This document shows positions 12,752-27,000 of a stretch of 64,000 bases of DNA, piece by piece. The position numbers were made by a program, and so were the translations under genes. The DNA lies in assembly GCF_021869535.1 (NCBI RefSeq), contig NW_026262745.1, forward strand, positions 40,982,001-41,046,000, written 5' to 3'. Source of the DNA: Mytilus californianus (taxonomy: Eukaryota). Every line of letters begins with the position of its first letter. Position 1 is the first letter of the stretch. The notes under the pieces were generated by a model. The model saw nothing but the letters and a program-made list of their open reading frames with translations, was not told the DNA's origin and did no database searches.

Positions 12752-12948
12752 TACTGTGGATTCATTTATTTTCGTGGATACCAATTTTCGTGGATTTAGG
12801 AAAACTTGCATTTTCGTGAATATTTAATATCGTGGTTTTGCCTATCTCTGCAAACAAAGCTCATATAAAATTTGTAATTCGTTGAACATTTGAATTCTAC
12901 GAAACCCACGAAAATTGGTATCCAACGAATAATAATGAATCCACAGTA
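12752..12948. mobile_element. MITE with TA ends
   Basis: Perfect 15-bp terminal inverted repeat TACTGTGGATTCATT / AATGAATCCACAGTA, extended by ggataccaattttcgtgg / ccacgaaaattggtatcc. Confidence 0.9.
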
Positions 12949-13561
12949 TTGGAATTACATATGTAAGGAGTTAAAAGCGGTTTTGTGTTTGCAGATGTAC
13001 AAATATATGATTGTGCGGCATCATAACATAATTCATATGCTCCCGTCTACTATTCGATTTATACTAGGTTTGACATTTTTGGATTCCTCCATTTCTTTCT
13101 ATCTTTTTGAATGTTTTCACTGCTGTCGACAGATTTTGTTGAATTGTGAGGTAGGTCTCTAGCTCTTAAAATATGTGATGTGAATAATGTTTGAGACTAC
13201 AGTGTGTAAACAAAACTAATTTTTTGTCAGCCAAATTTTTCTTTTTAACTTATGACGTGAGAAGGAAATACTCCAAGGAATGGAGTTCATTTGCAGAATA
13301 TCTAACACAAGATTTTCGATGAAGGTCATTTATTCAGAAACCATAAAGAGATAATACAACTGACTGAACAATTATATAATAAACCAAAACTGAATAAATG
13401 ACAATAATTTGCATAGGTGGGGATTACTAAGAGAGAAGTCAGTATATAAATTTTAAAATAATAAATAACACTTCACATATGCTGTAGACACCAAAAGTTA
13501 CTTACTATTTTAACTGTCTACATTAACGTTATTGAACCGACAATGCAGATATATTGAGTAT

Positions 13562-13940
13562 CTTTCTCCAATTTGATACACTATTCCAGCGCTTGCATTT
13601 TCTATTATGATTTTCTTGAAAGAGGGATACTGCTTACAATCCCGTCCTCTTTTGTTGTGGTTGTGACATCATCGAATGAGACTTATTACCTAATTTGTAT
13701 TGACAATGATCAACATGACGGGTTCTACAATAGTATAGCAGGAACTGATTATACATGGTATATCCGAAGCACCTCCGATTATCCCCATTTTTGTTTTGTG
13801 AAATTTGTGTTGCTCAGTGTTTAGTTTTCTTTGTAGTGTTTTGGACAAGTTGTATATCTTAGTCCTTCGTGTTTTGACATGGCTTTGTCAGTTTTACTTT
13901 GACCTGTGAGTTTTGAATGTTCCCTTGTATCTTCTCCTCT
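13562..13940 (+). mobile_element. Degenerate Penelope-like 3' end
   Basis: Matches 9050-9110 joined to 9260-9554. Confidence 0.6.
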
Positions 13941-16900
13941 GTATTGGTTTTGAATGCCTGATTTATGAAAATAAGAAATAAAAAATTGAAGACCATTGTT
14001 TATAATTTTATTCCAATGTAACGTATCCTAAATATCAATAGATGTATTTTGATGAAATATACAAAAATCAAGTATACAAAAAACATGTTGTATCATTCTT
14101 GCCAATATGAAAAATATCAAGCATCTTCCTTAAGAAGACTTAATCTTCATTTCAATATTTATTTAGCGTTAATTTTTCATAATTTAATGTTTCTATTTTA
14201 CAATATAATAAAAAGGTTATATGTGGTATGTAAATCGTGTTCGATTTACAATAAATGTACAGTATGATATTCGTAAATTAAACGGTTATCGTCACTTACT
14301 ATTAATATGGAATTCATTTAAACATGAATCAAGAGCGATAACACTAGTTATTTTGATTGATGAAATGATTCACTGAAAACAAAAATATGCTTTGTATAGG
14401 TTGTAATTGTTTAAATAAACAATGTTATTTCTGGTCCAAACTTTAGATTAAAGTATACCTCTATGAAGATGAAGATTAGTTAAAACTGCAGCATGGTACA
14501 CACAAAAGGATGAAGTACAAACTAGGAGCAACTGATTCGCAGTAAATTCAATGAAGATCCTCAAGCATAATTGCATCTAAGGGACTGTGTTTAAAGTTTT
14601 GGTCTAAACGATCCTATGGAGGGTAAATCCAGAAAACCACTTCGGATGTGCCACCTTTATAAAGTGTTACCGTTTATCAAATATTGGTTCTCAAAATTAC
14701 CTTTATTTAAACTTTGTTATGTTATTTTAACTATGCCCGCTGTTTTGAAACATATTTTTAATTGAAATTGTATCGCAGTTATAGTAAAGCATACTTAATA
14801 AATCCATAATACTGTTGCAAAAAATGATACGACACCATAAACAAATAACAATATACTCAATTAACAACCTACTTTAGAGGTTGTATTAATAGATTAACAT
14901 GCTGGTAAAATAACAGCTACTACAAGTACATATACAATGTAAATACAGTACAGGGACAATACCATAAAAGATATATGTTTAGATATATGTTTGAAATGTG
15001 CGTATATTATTTTATCCTTTAGTTCAAAACTATAAACTGTTAAAAGAAACTCCCAAAGTTATGTTTTTACAATCAAAGATTATTACCTCGTTTTTCAAGA
15101 AATAGATATAGCTTAAGCTAAAGGATGCACAAACGTGAACTTTGACTGAATTATTTTAATTTTTACCGTTAGCTTATATTACAAGAATCATACTAGAGAT
15201 AAATAACGGTAAAGAAAACGGATATAGACTAACATTATTGGTTAATTACAGGATAACACAGCCACAAGTTTTGACAAAATGTCACAATAGATTTTAATCC
15301 ACTGTATCCGTTTACAACATAAACAATTAAGTAAATTTAAACAAACAACAAAAAGCACAAGTAGAGAACATGTAAAATAGTCACTTTGTGACTGTTGTCT
15401 GTGAAAATATAAAGAGACATTTTTTTTTCACAAATAAACAACACATGTATCAAGCAGATGAGTGCATAATTGAGTAAAGCTTATTTATTTCAATTGAAAG
15501 TATTAGAACAACAACCTTATTGTCTACATTTTTTTTTTCGGGAAAAATAGCAAACATCTTAATTGTCTTATATATCGTCATTTATCTCTCGATCTCTATT
15601 GTTTAACCATCTCAATGCATTTTACGCTAAAGAAAGTTTTCTTATTGATAACAAAATAAAAATACTATCTTCAGGTTAACATACACAATACAAATTTAAA
15701 AAATATACATGTATATGAGTGCCAACATAATTGCAACACATCAAATAGCAAACCTTGTTGGTCCCTTTTAAAATAAAAATTAGTTCAATGCATTCTTCAG
15801 ACATTTGGCTACATTGTACGGAGACAGTTTGGTCTTGTATCAACATTTTAAGTTGATAAACTTGCGATTTGTCCTAAAAGTGTCAAAATCTAAACTCAAT
15901 AATTATCACCCAAATGTTATCACACTGGACCAAATGCATTGTTATCTGCATTACTTTTTTTATAACCTTTGCATTATGGTGCATGATGGTGGAAATTTGC
16001 AATCAAAAGTGTAATATTTATTCTTTTTGTTGAAAAATATAGATCTCGGTAACGTTGAAATACAAAAATTGAAACTTTCTAAAACAATGTTGCATATTTA
16101 CTGTAGTCATATCATAAGAAATCATACAAATCTTAGAACGATTGATCACGTTCTAGAAAAGATCTGTCGGTTCGAATTTTTATAAAATGTAGGGGTTGCG
16201 TTTCTTTTGACATTCAATATAGTTAAAAAGTTTTGGAATAGGAATAAAGCATATTATTTCAAAATCGATCTCAATAGCTACCAACTTTTATGTGGTTTCT
16301 TCTAATTTGTTAAAGCTTAAAGAATAACATGCATCATCCTTGTCTCATTTTTCAGTTTACAAAGTAGTAAACGTCTTATTATAAGGACACATGAAAAATG
16401 TGATGAAATTGAACATTTTGAAACATAAAAAGAACAGTATTGAACTCGAACAGTAACGGTTCAAAACTTAAAAGGAAACATGCTTGCATATATGTGCAAA
16501 ATGAAATTGAAACCCGACTTAAATATGAAAGCGCTTTGTTCTAAATAACATTGTTTATCAATTTATAATAATGACTGTTCCCTTTCAAAAGAAATAATAG
16601 GTTTATTGACTGCACCACTGGGAAAAGAAATTAACATTAATTTTCTCTAACAAGACGCGAAAGTTTTCAAAAAGTAAAACTCCTATAGTTTATTTAAGAC
16701 TCTCTTTAAGACGATTATTTAAAAAAAAAGCTTGTTTTAGTGCTTAACAATTACAAACATTCATAAAAAATCAGTTCTGCTAATAAGACCATAGTTTTGT
16801 ATACTAATGCCAATCTCAAAATCTCAAAACAATTTTTGATTGAATACCTAAAAGATAATAATATAAATGGATAATATATAAACTTTCAATATTATTAAAA

Positions 16901-17844
16901 TATGAATCTTTTTTTAAAATGGAAAATGAAAATGACATGTCGATGTTAGCAAAATGATGCCCTTTTATGAAGTATTGCACTGTATATACATAATCGTAAG
17001 TTAAAACATTCATACATAGTTTATTTTTCAACACATAGGTCAAAATAAGAAGTATTCCAGCATTTGTAAATATCACAGTATGCATATATATAGGGTATTC
17101 TATTAATATGAACTTGATTTGCAGCTAATAAATATTTAAAACAATATATATCACATGTCTTAAACGTCGCTTTGTACCAATTTGCATTCACAAATTGAAA
17201 AACGCATGCATTTTGAAAATGCATTTACCAAATAACTTTCATAAACATTTCTATACTTAATAACTACGATAACAGCTACTATATAAAACAAATTATTGCA
17301 TTTCATAGTTTGTCGAACATAATAAGTCGTTTATGTCTATCTTGATCATATAAGTTGCTATTTACATTTATTCTGGAGGATAATGTATTGAGAAAGATGA
17401 TACGAAGAACATATAAAGGCTTAATTCCAAGGAAGATCACTTTAAAGCAGTTCGAATATATATTGTAATTTTGAACTATATTAAAATGATCTTCCTACAT
17501 TATCCTCCAGTATTAAAATATCAGAACTTCAGTTCTCGAATATCTTAATTACAATTAGAAGAAAAGTAAGGATTGTTAGAAATATCTAGTTGACATGCTG
17601 TTTACCAAACAAACAACACAATGTATTCATTCTGTAAAATGTACACTTTGATGAATATGTTGTATCATAGTTATGCATTGATGAATTGTTCGTTCTCAAT
17701 TCTTGTTATATTTTCCTTCCTGTTTCAGTCATCTATCGCATACCTCATAGTCTTACAACTGCCTATTGGAAGAGTGTTATTTTTTGTTTTGTTCATAACG
17801 ATATAACTATTTGAGTTGTTCACATATTACCCTTGACTCTCATC

Positions 17845-18097
17845 TCATTTCTCTGATTCCTTTTCTTTTAAAACTTTATATGCTTTTTGAATTTTTGTGA
17901 GTTTCTTCAACATAACGTTCACTTCATCCCTTTGTGTAGGTTCTTCAAGTAAAGTGTCCATACTCAAGCCACTCTTTTCTGAATCAAATCTTTCAACGTC
18001 CTTTTTGAACTCATTATACATTTTGTTTATCTGTAACGTAAGTGGTTGCATTTCATCCTTTGGTTTAAGATTCGGTTTTGATCCCTCTTGTAATAAC
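17845..18097 (-). CDS. Last coding exon (LLQEGSKPNL...KEKESEK-stop)
   Basis: tctttttag| acceptor, phase 2, TGA at 17847-17845. Confidence 0.9.
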
Positions 18098-21000
18098 CTA
18101 AAAAGAAAGATAATCATTTACAATATTGTATTCAATAATTGTACAAATAGAAAGTGAGAAAAAACTCATCACGGATACCAGGCTTGTAATTGTGAACGCC
18201 AGACACGCGTTTTGTCTACAAAAGACTCATCAGAGACGCTCGAATCAAAAATATTAAACGGCAGTAAAATACAGTACGAAAATAGCATTTCAGTGAATTT
18301 ATCATACCATCAAAATGACGATAACAAGTTTGCTATGTACGACGTAGATCACAGCAATACATTGACTCAGTTATATGTCAAGTCTCTAATATGTAAAAAC
18401 CAAACCTTATCATGTATACGTTAAATTCAAAGTTGTGCATTAGTAAAATACTGATTGGAGATGTTTTGATTTACTCACTTTCAAACAAGGATGAAGCAAA
18501 TCAACATTTAATTTTGTTTCGTTGTTAAAAAGTGCGAGTCTGCCTAGATATATGAATACTTGACCAGAACACATACCTTTTATATTGTTGAATACTGGCG
18601 TTGACCTGTTGCAATTTTGAGATTGCTAATTCTTTCTCTTTTGTATCAAGTCCGCTAACTGAAATTGATCCAATTGAACCTCTACCATGTTTAAGGTGAA
18701 CTGATCCTTCAAGTTGAGTAACTGTGCCGTGCATTTTCCCAATTTCGTTTGAAATATCTGTAATAGCTGTTCTTAATTGATGAATTTCTGATTCCTTTTC
18801 CTTAATTATCCTGAAAGAACCATAGATTTTAAAAAACAGAAATTTACGTGACCGATGGTTTATTAGTTTTGTGATTCAAATACCAATCCGCTGTTGTGTG
18901 ATACATTTATATAACTTATCAACGTATCTTATAGGAGAAACACAACAGTTGTCACATGTGTAGCAGGATATGTATGCTAAGTCTTTCGGAAAACCTGAGA
19001 TCGCCGCTAGTTTTTGGTGAAGTAAGTGTTGCTCAATCTTATGTTTTCCATATTGTGTTTTGTAAAATCTTTTGGGTTTGTTTTTTTTTTGGGGTTTTTT
19101 TTGCCAAGGCGTTGCAAATTTGTCATCGACTTATGAGTTTTTAATATAACTTTGTATCATGAAAAAAATATAAAAAGTAAAAATGTATAGACTTCCCACC
19201 CATGAATTCCCTTTTGCATGATTCTTAAATGGAGTGGTACTTTATTACTTAATCCCAGAAAGCCTCTTTAAGCTACACGATTTAACAATGTTTGGTCGAA
19301 AAAACGCATAAAACGAGTATATAACATAATGTTGCATTTACAAGACAAGAGTACATGTCGATATTTTTCGTTCTTTTTTATCAACATAGTATAATTTCCT
19401 ACATAAGTTTTCTGAAAACGATACATACGACTGAAGGCTATCATTACGATCCTGTAAAGTCTGTGCTTCATCCTCAATGCTTGAAATGTTTTTCATGAGT
19501 TCGTCTACACTCATCGCACGTCCGGGTGATCCTGCTGCTTCATCTCCGCTTTCTTCATCTTTTTCTGAAATTGTCGTCATCTCTCTATCATCGTCATCAC
19601 CGCCACATAACTTTTTGTGTAAACTGATTATGGCCGTTTTCAGTCGTGTTACTCCATCCATTATCATTTGTTCAAGAAGGTCTTTTTCTTTCAACGTCCT
19701 GAAATAAATGTATCTTATAATGTACAAAAGAAAAACTAAGAACTTTCTTTCAGTAACTGCAAACATGCTTTGATGAAGCGCCAATATTTTCTTTCAATAC
19801 TGGTATGACTAAACTAAGTGATTGATACACATTTTCAACTGATTTCTTATTTTTTTCACTGATCCACATAAAGAATGATCGACTTGCATAACCAATTTAA
19901 ATCTGCTTGGTGTTTATGTGTCTGTGCAAAATAAGGCATTTTGTTAATTGTTGGCGCTATTTTTACATTTTAATCTCCATTGGAAGTGTGGTTCTGGTTT
20001 CAGAAATCGATTGCATTTTTGGAAGAACCTTTTGTAAAAACTTTAGATGATAAAGTATGTCTTTGGTTTGTTTTCTCATCGGCGTTACTCAAAGTAGTCT
20101 TTATATAATAAGATTGTATATATCATCTAACATTGTTATTGACATAATAAAAAAATCTTCAAATGCTTTGTTTATAACAAAAATTAAACCACTTTACTTT
20201 TCGTTTTTTTCTAAACAGAAATAGTTGACAATCATTAATGTGATGTATAGAAAAGCATATAGCTGATAATTAAATTCTTCAAAAAACTATTTAAGTCAAA
20301 GAAAAATACATGGTAAATATTGCTAGAAATATTGTACATCTCAAGTAAATCTGCATACTGTGCGACATCGGAAAATATAGTTCTTCACTTACTTCTCAAG
20401 ACTGACTTGAAGTTCACTTTCTATTTCTGATATTTTGCCCTCCATTCCTTTCTTCTGAGTTCTGAATTTTTGTTCAAGTCTCGCGACTTGTTTATCTTTG
20501 GCCCTCGATGATATTGGCTGTGTTCCTTTGATTCTTTAAAAGAAAGGATACTGATGTTTTGGTTATCGAGTGAAATCAATAAACACGAATTAATACGCTG
20601 TACTAATAGGTGTAGTAATGTTTCAAATACACCACCAGCATCAATATATATTGGTGTATTTTGCGTTGTTGTCGTTTACAATTATATCACATTTTCACAT
20701 TTTTCAGTTGATATGCTTTAAGCAATGTTGTTCTAACTTTCAACGATATTCATTGTAATTACATTATTGGATACAATGGAAGGCATTGAACATCAATAAA
20801 GAGTTTATAGTGTAGCTAAATGTGCTGTTGAAAAAAAATATCAATTAAGAATAACATCCTACCTGTCATGATCTTTCCGCAAATCTTGCATGGATTTTCG
20901 TAGTACCTGGTTTTCGTCTGATAACCTATGTAAAAAATATGTATATGTTATCTTTCACGTTTATATGTAATATTTGCTAAAGCCGTCTAATTCATTTCCT

Positions 21001-24000
21001 CAGCATGTTATCTGAGATTCCCAAAATATCCATTTCAAGAAAAAGTCATCAAAGACACCAGGCTTATAATTACGTACGCCAGACGCTCGTTTCCTCTACA
21101 AAAGACTCATCACTGACGCTCAAATCCAAAAAGTTAAAAGGCCAAATAATGTACGAAGTTTAAGACCATAGAGGACCAAAAATGACATTTGATCCTCTAT
21201 ATATTAGAATAAACTAAGGTCTCTTCAACATATTCATGAATGAAATTATTAGTAATTTTGTCATCGTCTTTATTTGCTGCTAATTATAATAAGACCTGGA
21301 TGACTGGTATCATCTTAAGTTTACATGATCCATTATAACACTGCTAAGTTACCTCATAATTTCGGTGTGTTGCGCAGCCCTTTGTCTGTTAAGTTCCTTT
21401 TCAAACTGTTTTAGCCGTTTGATGACGTCTGAAAAGTTTGAATCATCAAAGTCTTTCATTTTTACGACTGTGCTTGAACGTCCTTGAATTGACAACATCG
21501 TAACGTCCTTAGACTCACTGCCTTTTTGAGGCTTAAGATGAACAAATAGTTTTCCTACGGCTCTGTTTACACTTTTAACATCTTCAATATGTACAGTTGC
21601 TGCATATCGTCTAAAAGAAATGAAATTTTTGACATGATTAAAAGTTCTTTATCGATTATAAAATTTCTTCTGCCTTTACACTTATGCCACATCTTTATTT
21701 TGCTGAAAATATGCATTATTGTGTGTCATTGTAAACGACAGTTTAAAACATTGAACAATAAAGAGTTGTTTAAATTTTGGCTAAATGGTCTGATGCAACA
21801 TTTCAAGTAAGAATTATAGTATACATTGTAGTATAATTTTTTTCTTTGGTATATTCTATTTCTTTTTACAAAATTTGTTAAAATAAATTCCACCTGTCTT
21901 GTAATTGGAAAAGGAAACATATCCACAAAATAAAATAATAAACGAGTTAATAATCTCATGATTGCCTTTCGAGTGTTATAGAAAATGCCACAGGTTACTC
22001 ATTAATATCATTACAGAAACAGGAGACGAGCATTCGGATATATGGTGACTGTGCAATGTTTACTAACTCAATCAAAATCTAATGTTTTTTTATTCAAATT
22101 ATTCCATTTACACTACAGTGATACTTTAAACCAAAGATGATGGGAACAATGGAGCATGCATCGTTGACTATTTGAAAAAAAAGAGGCGGAAGATATTAGG
22201 GGATATTCAAAACGCCAAAGTCGAAAGAAAACGGATAACGCCATGGCAAAACAACAAAAAACAACAAGTAGACGAAAAGGTCAACAAAACACTGCATAGA
22301 AAACTAAACATTGACCAACATGAGCCTTAACAAAAACCGGAAGGGTAAACAGTTTCAGCTGTACAGGTGGCAACCGTCATGTTGCTCATGCAAGTACAAA
22401 TTCGATGACAAGTCTCATTCGGTGATGTCTATGTTGTGATGTTACATTATTGTTTCAGAAAAAGGGTGAATGTTTGGTACCATTAAAACGTTTAAACCCG
22501 CTGCAATTGTTTGCACCTGTCCTAAGTCAGGAATCTGATGTTCAGTAGTTGTCGTTTGTTGATGTGGTTCATACGTGTTTCTCGTTTTTTATATAGATTA
22601 GACCGTTGGTTTTCCCGTTTGAATGCTTTTGCACTAGTAATTTTTGGGGCCCTTTATAGCCTGCTGTTCGGTGTGAGCCAAGACTCCGTGTTGAAGACCA
22701 TACTTTGACCTATAATGGTTTACTTTTATAAATTTTGACTTGAATGGAGAGTTGTCTCATTGGCACTCATACCACATCTTCTTATATCTATGTCACAATC
22801 GAGGAAAAGAGGACGGGATTGTGGTAACGACAATTGGAAAACAATTCGAAGGTCGTACTGTGATCTATATCTGTAGTTGTTAAAATCTACCTCATTTGGA
22901 TTTGGTGCATAATTGTCTCATTGGCAATCATATCATACCACATCTCCTTATTTTAATGTTATCTTGTGATTTATTGTTCATTCAAAATGAAGTTCAAAAA
23001 AATAATCTTTGGTGAACGGAGTATTTATAACTAATCGCCTCATATGAATCTGGTTTCGTAAAGATATACAAATATCTACGTTAAATTAACTTATGCCTGA
23101 GGATTTTTAGGAGATCTTTTTAAACATGCAAAGTCAGTTTCGTCCTCTGTTTAGAGAAAGGTAAGAATAAGTGCGAAGGAACCACTCGGACACAAAAGCC
23201 AAAATATATCACTGTACTTAAGCAGTTCGGATCCTAAAGCTTTTTTTTCTATAGAAATGTATTGGATTTAAGACACAGAGTAGTTAATGTTCTATGCCAG
23301 ATGTCCTTGTCATTAATCTATCATGTCTATGACGCATGTAAGTCGGAAAACGGAAAAAAATGACCAAAATCTAATTTGCTTTCAAGCAAACGTAATTACG
23401 TTAATTTATTCAATTAAACATTATTCTTAATAATCATGTGCTAGATGAGTGGACATTTGCGGTTAATTTCATAAGTTTTGTTACGGCTGTCATCGACTAT
23501 AAATCTTGAATGAATAAGACTGAAAGACAATCTGATTCAATACACAGATAGGAAAACCCAATACAATGAACAACCTGCATTTTCCAGTTGACGCTCTGAT
23601 AATTGCATAATGCACTGTATTAAATTTATGTCTTTCTTTTGACAAAGTTTAATCAATTAATGGTTATGTAAAAGTTCCAAAGTCATGTTCATTCATAACT
23701 ATTGTTTGACATAATTAGGCAACTTCACCTGACTTTTATTTGTTACGCTGCAGATGTTTCACTTTGTGATAATTCTTCTTTGTAAAAGCTCTTATATATT
23801 TGTTCACAAGAGTATAGCATGGCATAAATTGTCCTTGACTTATTAGCACTAAGGAAGATCTTGCATTGCGTCATAAAACAAAAGAGCCAACGGGTACAGT
23901 TATAAAACATGTACCAAAAGTTAGGGAGAAAACTTATATGTGTTCAAAGATTGCGTTTTACCTTGTAGAAGAAATAAAATGTCTTAATTGCATTAATTAT

Positions 24001-27000
24001 ATAAAATTCTATATCCTAGAGCAGATGACCGCCAGTACCTTTTTGTAATTTTGATATACATATACTTACGCAGGAGGCTTCGTCTCTGGTCGGTGAGTGA
24101 CTGCTGTTGGAACACGACTTCTATTTTCTTTTTTCTCATCATCATCAAGTGCATCTAAGTCTAGAAGAGGTTGTGGTTTCCCAGAGGGAGACTACAAAAA
24201 TGATACATTTTCATGTAGAAAAATATAAAATCTTCCTCTCATCATTATTTTGTGTGGTTTGGTTTTTGTTTAATGTTCTTGTATAAATCAGGCATTGGAT
24301 TTTGTTCATTGTCGAAGGATTTACAATGACTATATAATGTCTTTGCCTTTTGATCTATAAGGGTGCTTCATTGACATTCAAACTACATCTCATTATTTTT
24401 AGAAATGTTCATTTGGAGGTTTTCTAGAAAAATGGAAAGTTTTATTTTAAGGTTAAATTTTAATACTCGTAAAAAGGACAGAGAAGATACCAAGCGGGCA
24501 ATCAAAAATCACAAGTCCAGTAAAACAGACGACACCATGGTAAAAAAACGACGAAAAGACAAATCAAAACAAAACAGTATTACACATACATTGTAGCAAC
24601 AACAACCCCACTAAAACCGGGAGACTCAGATACTCAGGACGGGTCTGCAGTAAGTGCTCATATGACACCGTCCTGTTGCTCTTTTCAGAATAAAGTCATA
24701 TAGTGATTAGGCATGTTGCAATGGCGGATTAATACATGTAATTTCTGTTGTCTAACCATAAGACATCACCAAATACACAAAGAAATCGGTACGTATAAAC
24801 TCTTTAACTTGAGGAGTTCTGAGTTTCTGCACAGCACAATGACATGATATTACGATGACGACGATAAACATTAACTTAACAAGGATTTGTTCATCATTAT
24901 TTCTCAAACAATAATGGTTTTTGCTAGGCAACGAATAAAATAAACAAACAAAACCCCTGAATGTCTCAGTATTTTTAAGACTTATATGTGTAACTCAAAT
25001 ACACATATAGTCAAATAATCTGATATCCTAGCAGTGAACATCGATTACTATTGAATTATAATTATCATTTTTATTTTAGTTCGATATTTCGTCGTGTGAA
25101 ACACTATTCAGAAAATACTTACAGAGAGAAATTCTTTCTTCATTCCAACAAAAAGTCCTTTAACATTTTTGAATAAACCCTCCTTTTTTAAAGCTTTTTC
25201 CAATCCTACAAGTGTCTGTTTAACTTCAAGGGCGGATCCTTCATCATTCTGAATCTGCAAAATTATATACAAGTATCACAATGTATTTATTTTAAAATGC
25301 AGAGTTATTTAATTCAAAATAATTTGAAAAGGGATAAGGGCAGACGCATTATTATGGTATTAAAACTTTTTTCATATTTTTCGTCTAATTTTTTTATTTT
25401 TCATATATACGCTTTTGATCACGAGAGTGTATGACTTACAAGTGTAGATCATCCAGAAACATGGCACATACATTATTTTATAAGTTTAAGTACATGTTCA
25501 TGTGTACTACGGGGTTGCTTCTGATGCTGGAATACTTTCTTTGCCCGGGGTACATTTACAACAGCCTAATAGCCAATACTTCGGTATTGACATGATTCAG
25601 ATGATGCATTTTCTTTGTAAATTTCAAGTTCGAAAGATCATATACTTGAACTTGACATTGAGGATGCAACCTCGTTTTTAAGTTGACCTTTTGTGGTTTT
25701 GGATGTTCTCTCATACGCTATTGCATTGACATCACATTCATTTTAATAGCAAACGCAATAACAAGCAATATGTGATATATAACTGTTTACTTATACAAAT
25801 CGATGTCGTTGCAATGGAAACAAAAAGTATATTTTAAGTCATTAAGTATCTGTTGAAAAAGAAGGTAAAAAAAACCGATAGTAATTAAATTTACTTACAG
25901 AAAATGTACAGCGAAAAAATATATTCAAATTTACTCACAAGAAGTTAGAAATGATTGAGACATTAAAAAAGCACATAGACAATATATTTCGACGTAAAAA
26001 CTATAATGATGCTCTTGTAGTCGAAACTTAACCTTTAAACTGGTAAAAATAATGCAGATTATTGAAAAATGTCAATTTGAAACCTGACCTGTATAGAACA
26101 TGAAATAATTGAATTTTCATATATTCAAAACCATCAAAGCAAACGCATAAACACCCATTTAATATTACAACTGTTAAAGTCAAACCTTATCTACTGCCTC
26201 TTGAAATGCTTCAAACTCTTGTGAAACGACTTTGGAATTTAGAGACTTCTTTCTGGCAAGTAGCTGAGCTACATTTAACTGCAACTGCTGTACTTTGGAT
26301 TTATAATTTGCCATCTAAAACAATAATAAAGTGATTTGTTTACTTGTGAAAATAATTGATAAATGAAAAATAATTTGAAAACAGAGCCTTTTTAAAAGAT
26401 GAAAAATGGGAATGATCGTCATATACTGATGGATTTGTTGATGGTATTGTCTATGCTCGGGTATTGATTTAGTAGTGCCCCCTGTCAATGAGTTTAACTG
26501 ATTAAATCTAATGATCAAATAAATTGTTAACCGAAAACCGAAAAGTGAAATATGACATCGAACTTAACGATCCGGATAAATGACCAAATTCTATTCGGCT
26601 AGATAACAGCTGGTATATATCACCCTGTTCTGTCTTGTAAATTTAACTAAGCCCTTTTGTGTTTGTTAATGGCATAAACTTGGTCAGGCAGATGACCTTA
26701 ATTTAATATCATGCTTATCATTTGACACCTCTGTTTACGTTCACCATTAACATGGAACTTCATTGACCAAAAATTAGCGTATTACTTTCAACGCACGTAC
26801 AGAAATTTATTTACCACATCGGACATTTATATACATAAATATTAATTGAAAACCATAGCGGTTATTTGTTTGTTCAAAACATATTTTAAGTATTGACTTT
26901 TTGAACTTTTTGATATAAAGCAATGTATAATAAACACAAAAAATATAAATATTCTCTCAAATTTTTAGATTGGTACTTCAGGAATGACCCCTGAAATGAA

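Noticed and set aside
26470-26485. CTCF-like CAGGGGGCAC on the minus strand
   Set aside because: Only the core matches; a single short motif is insufficient.
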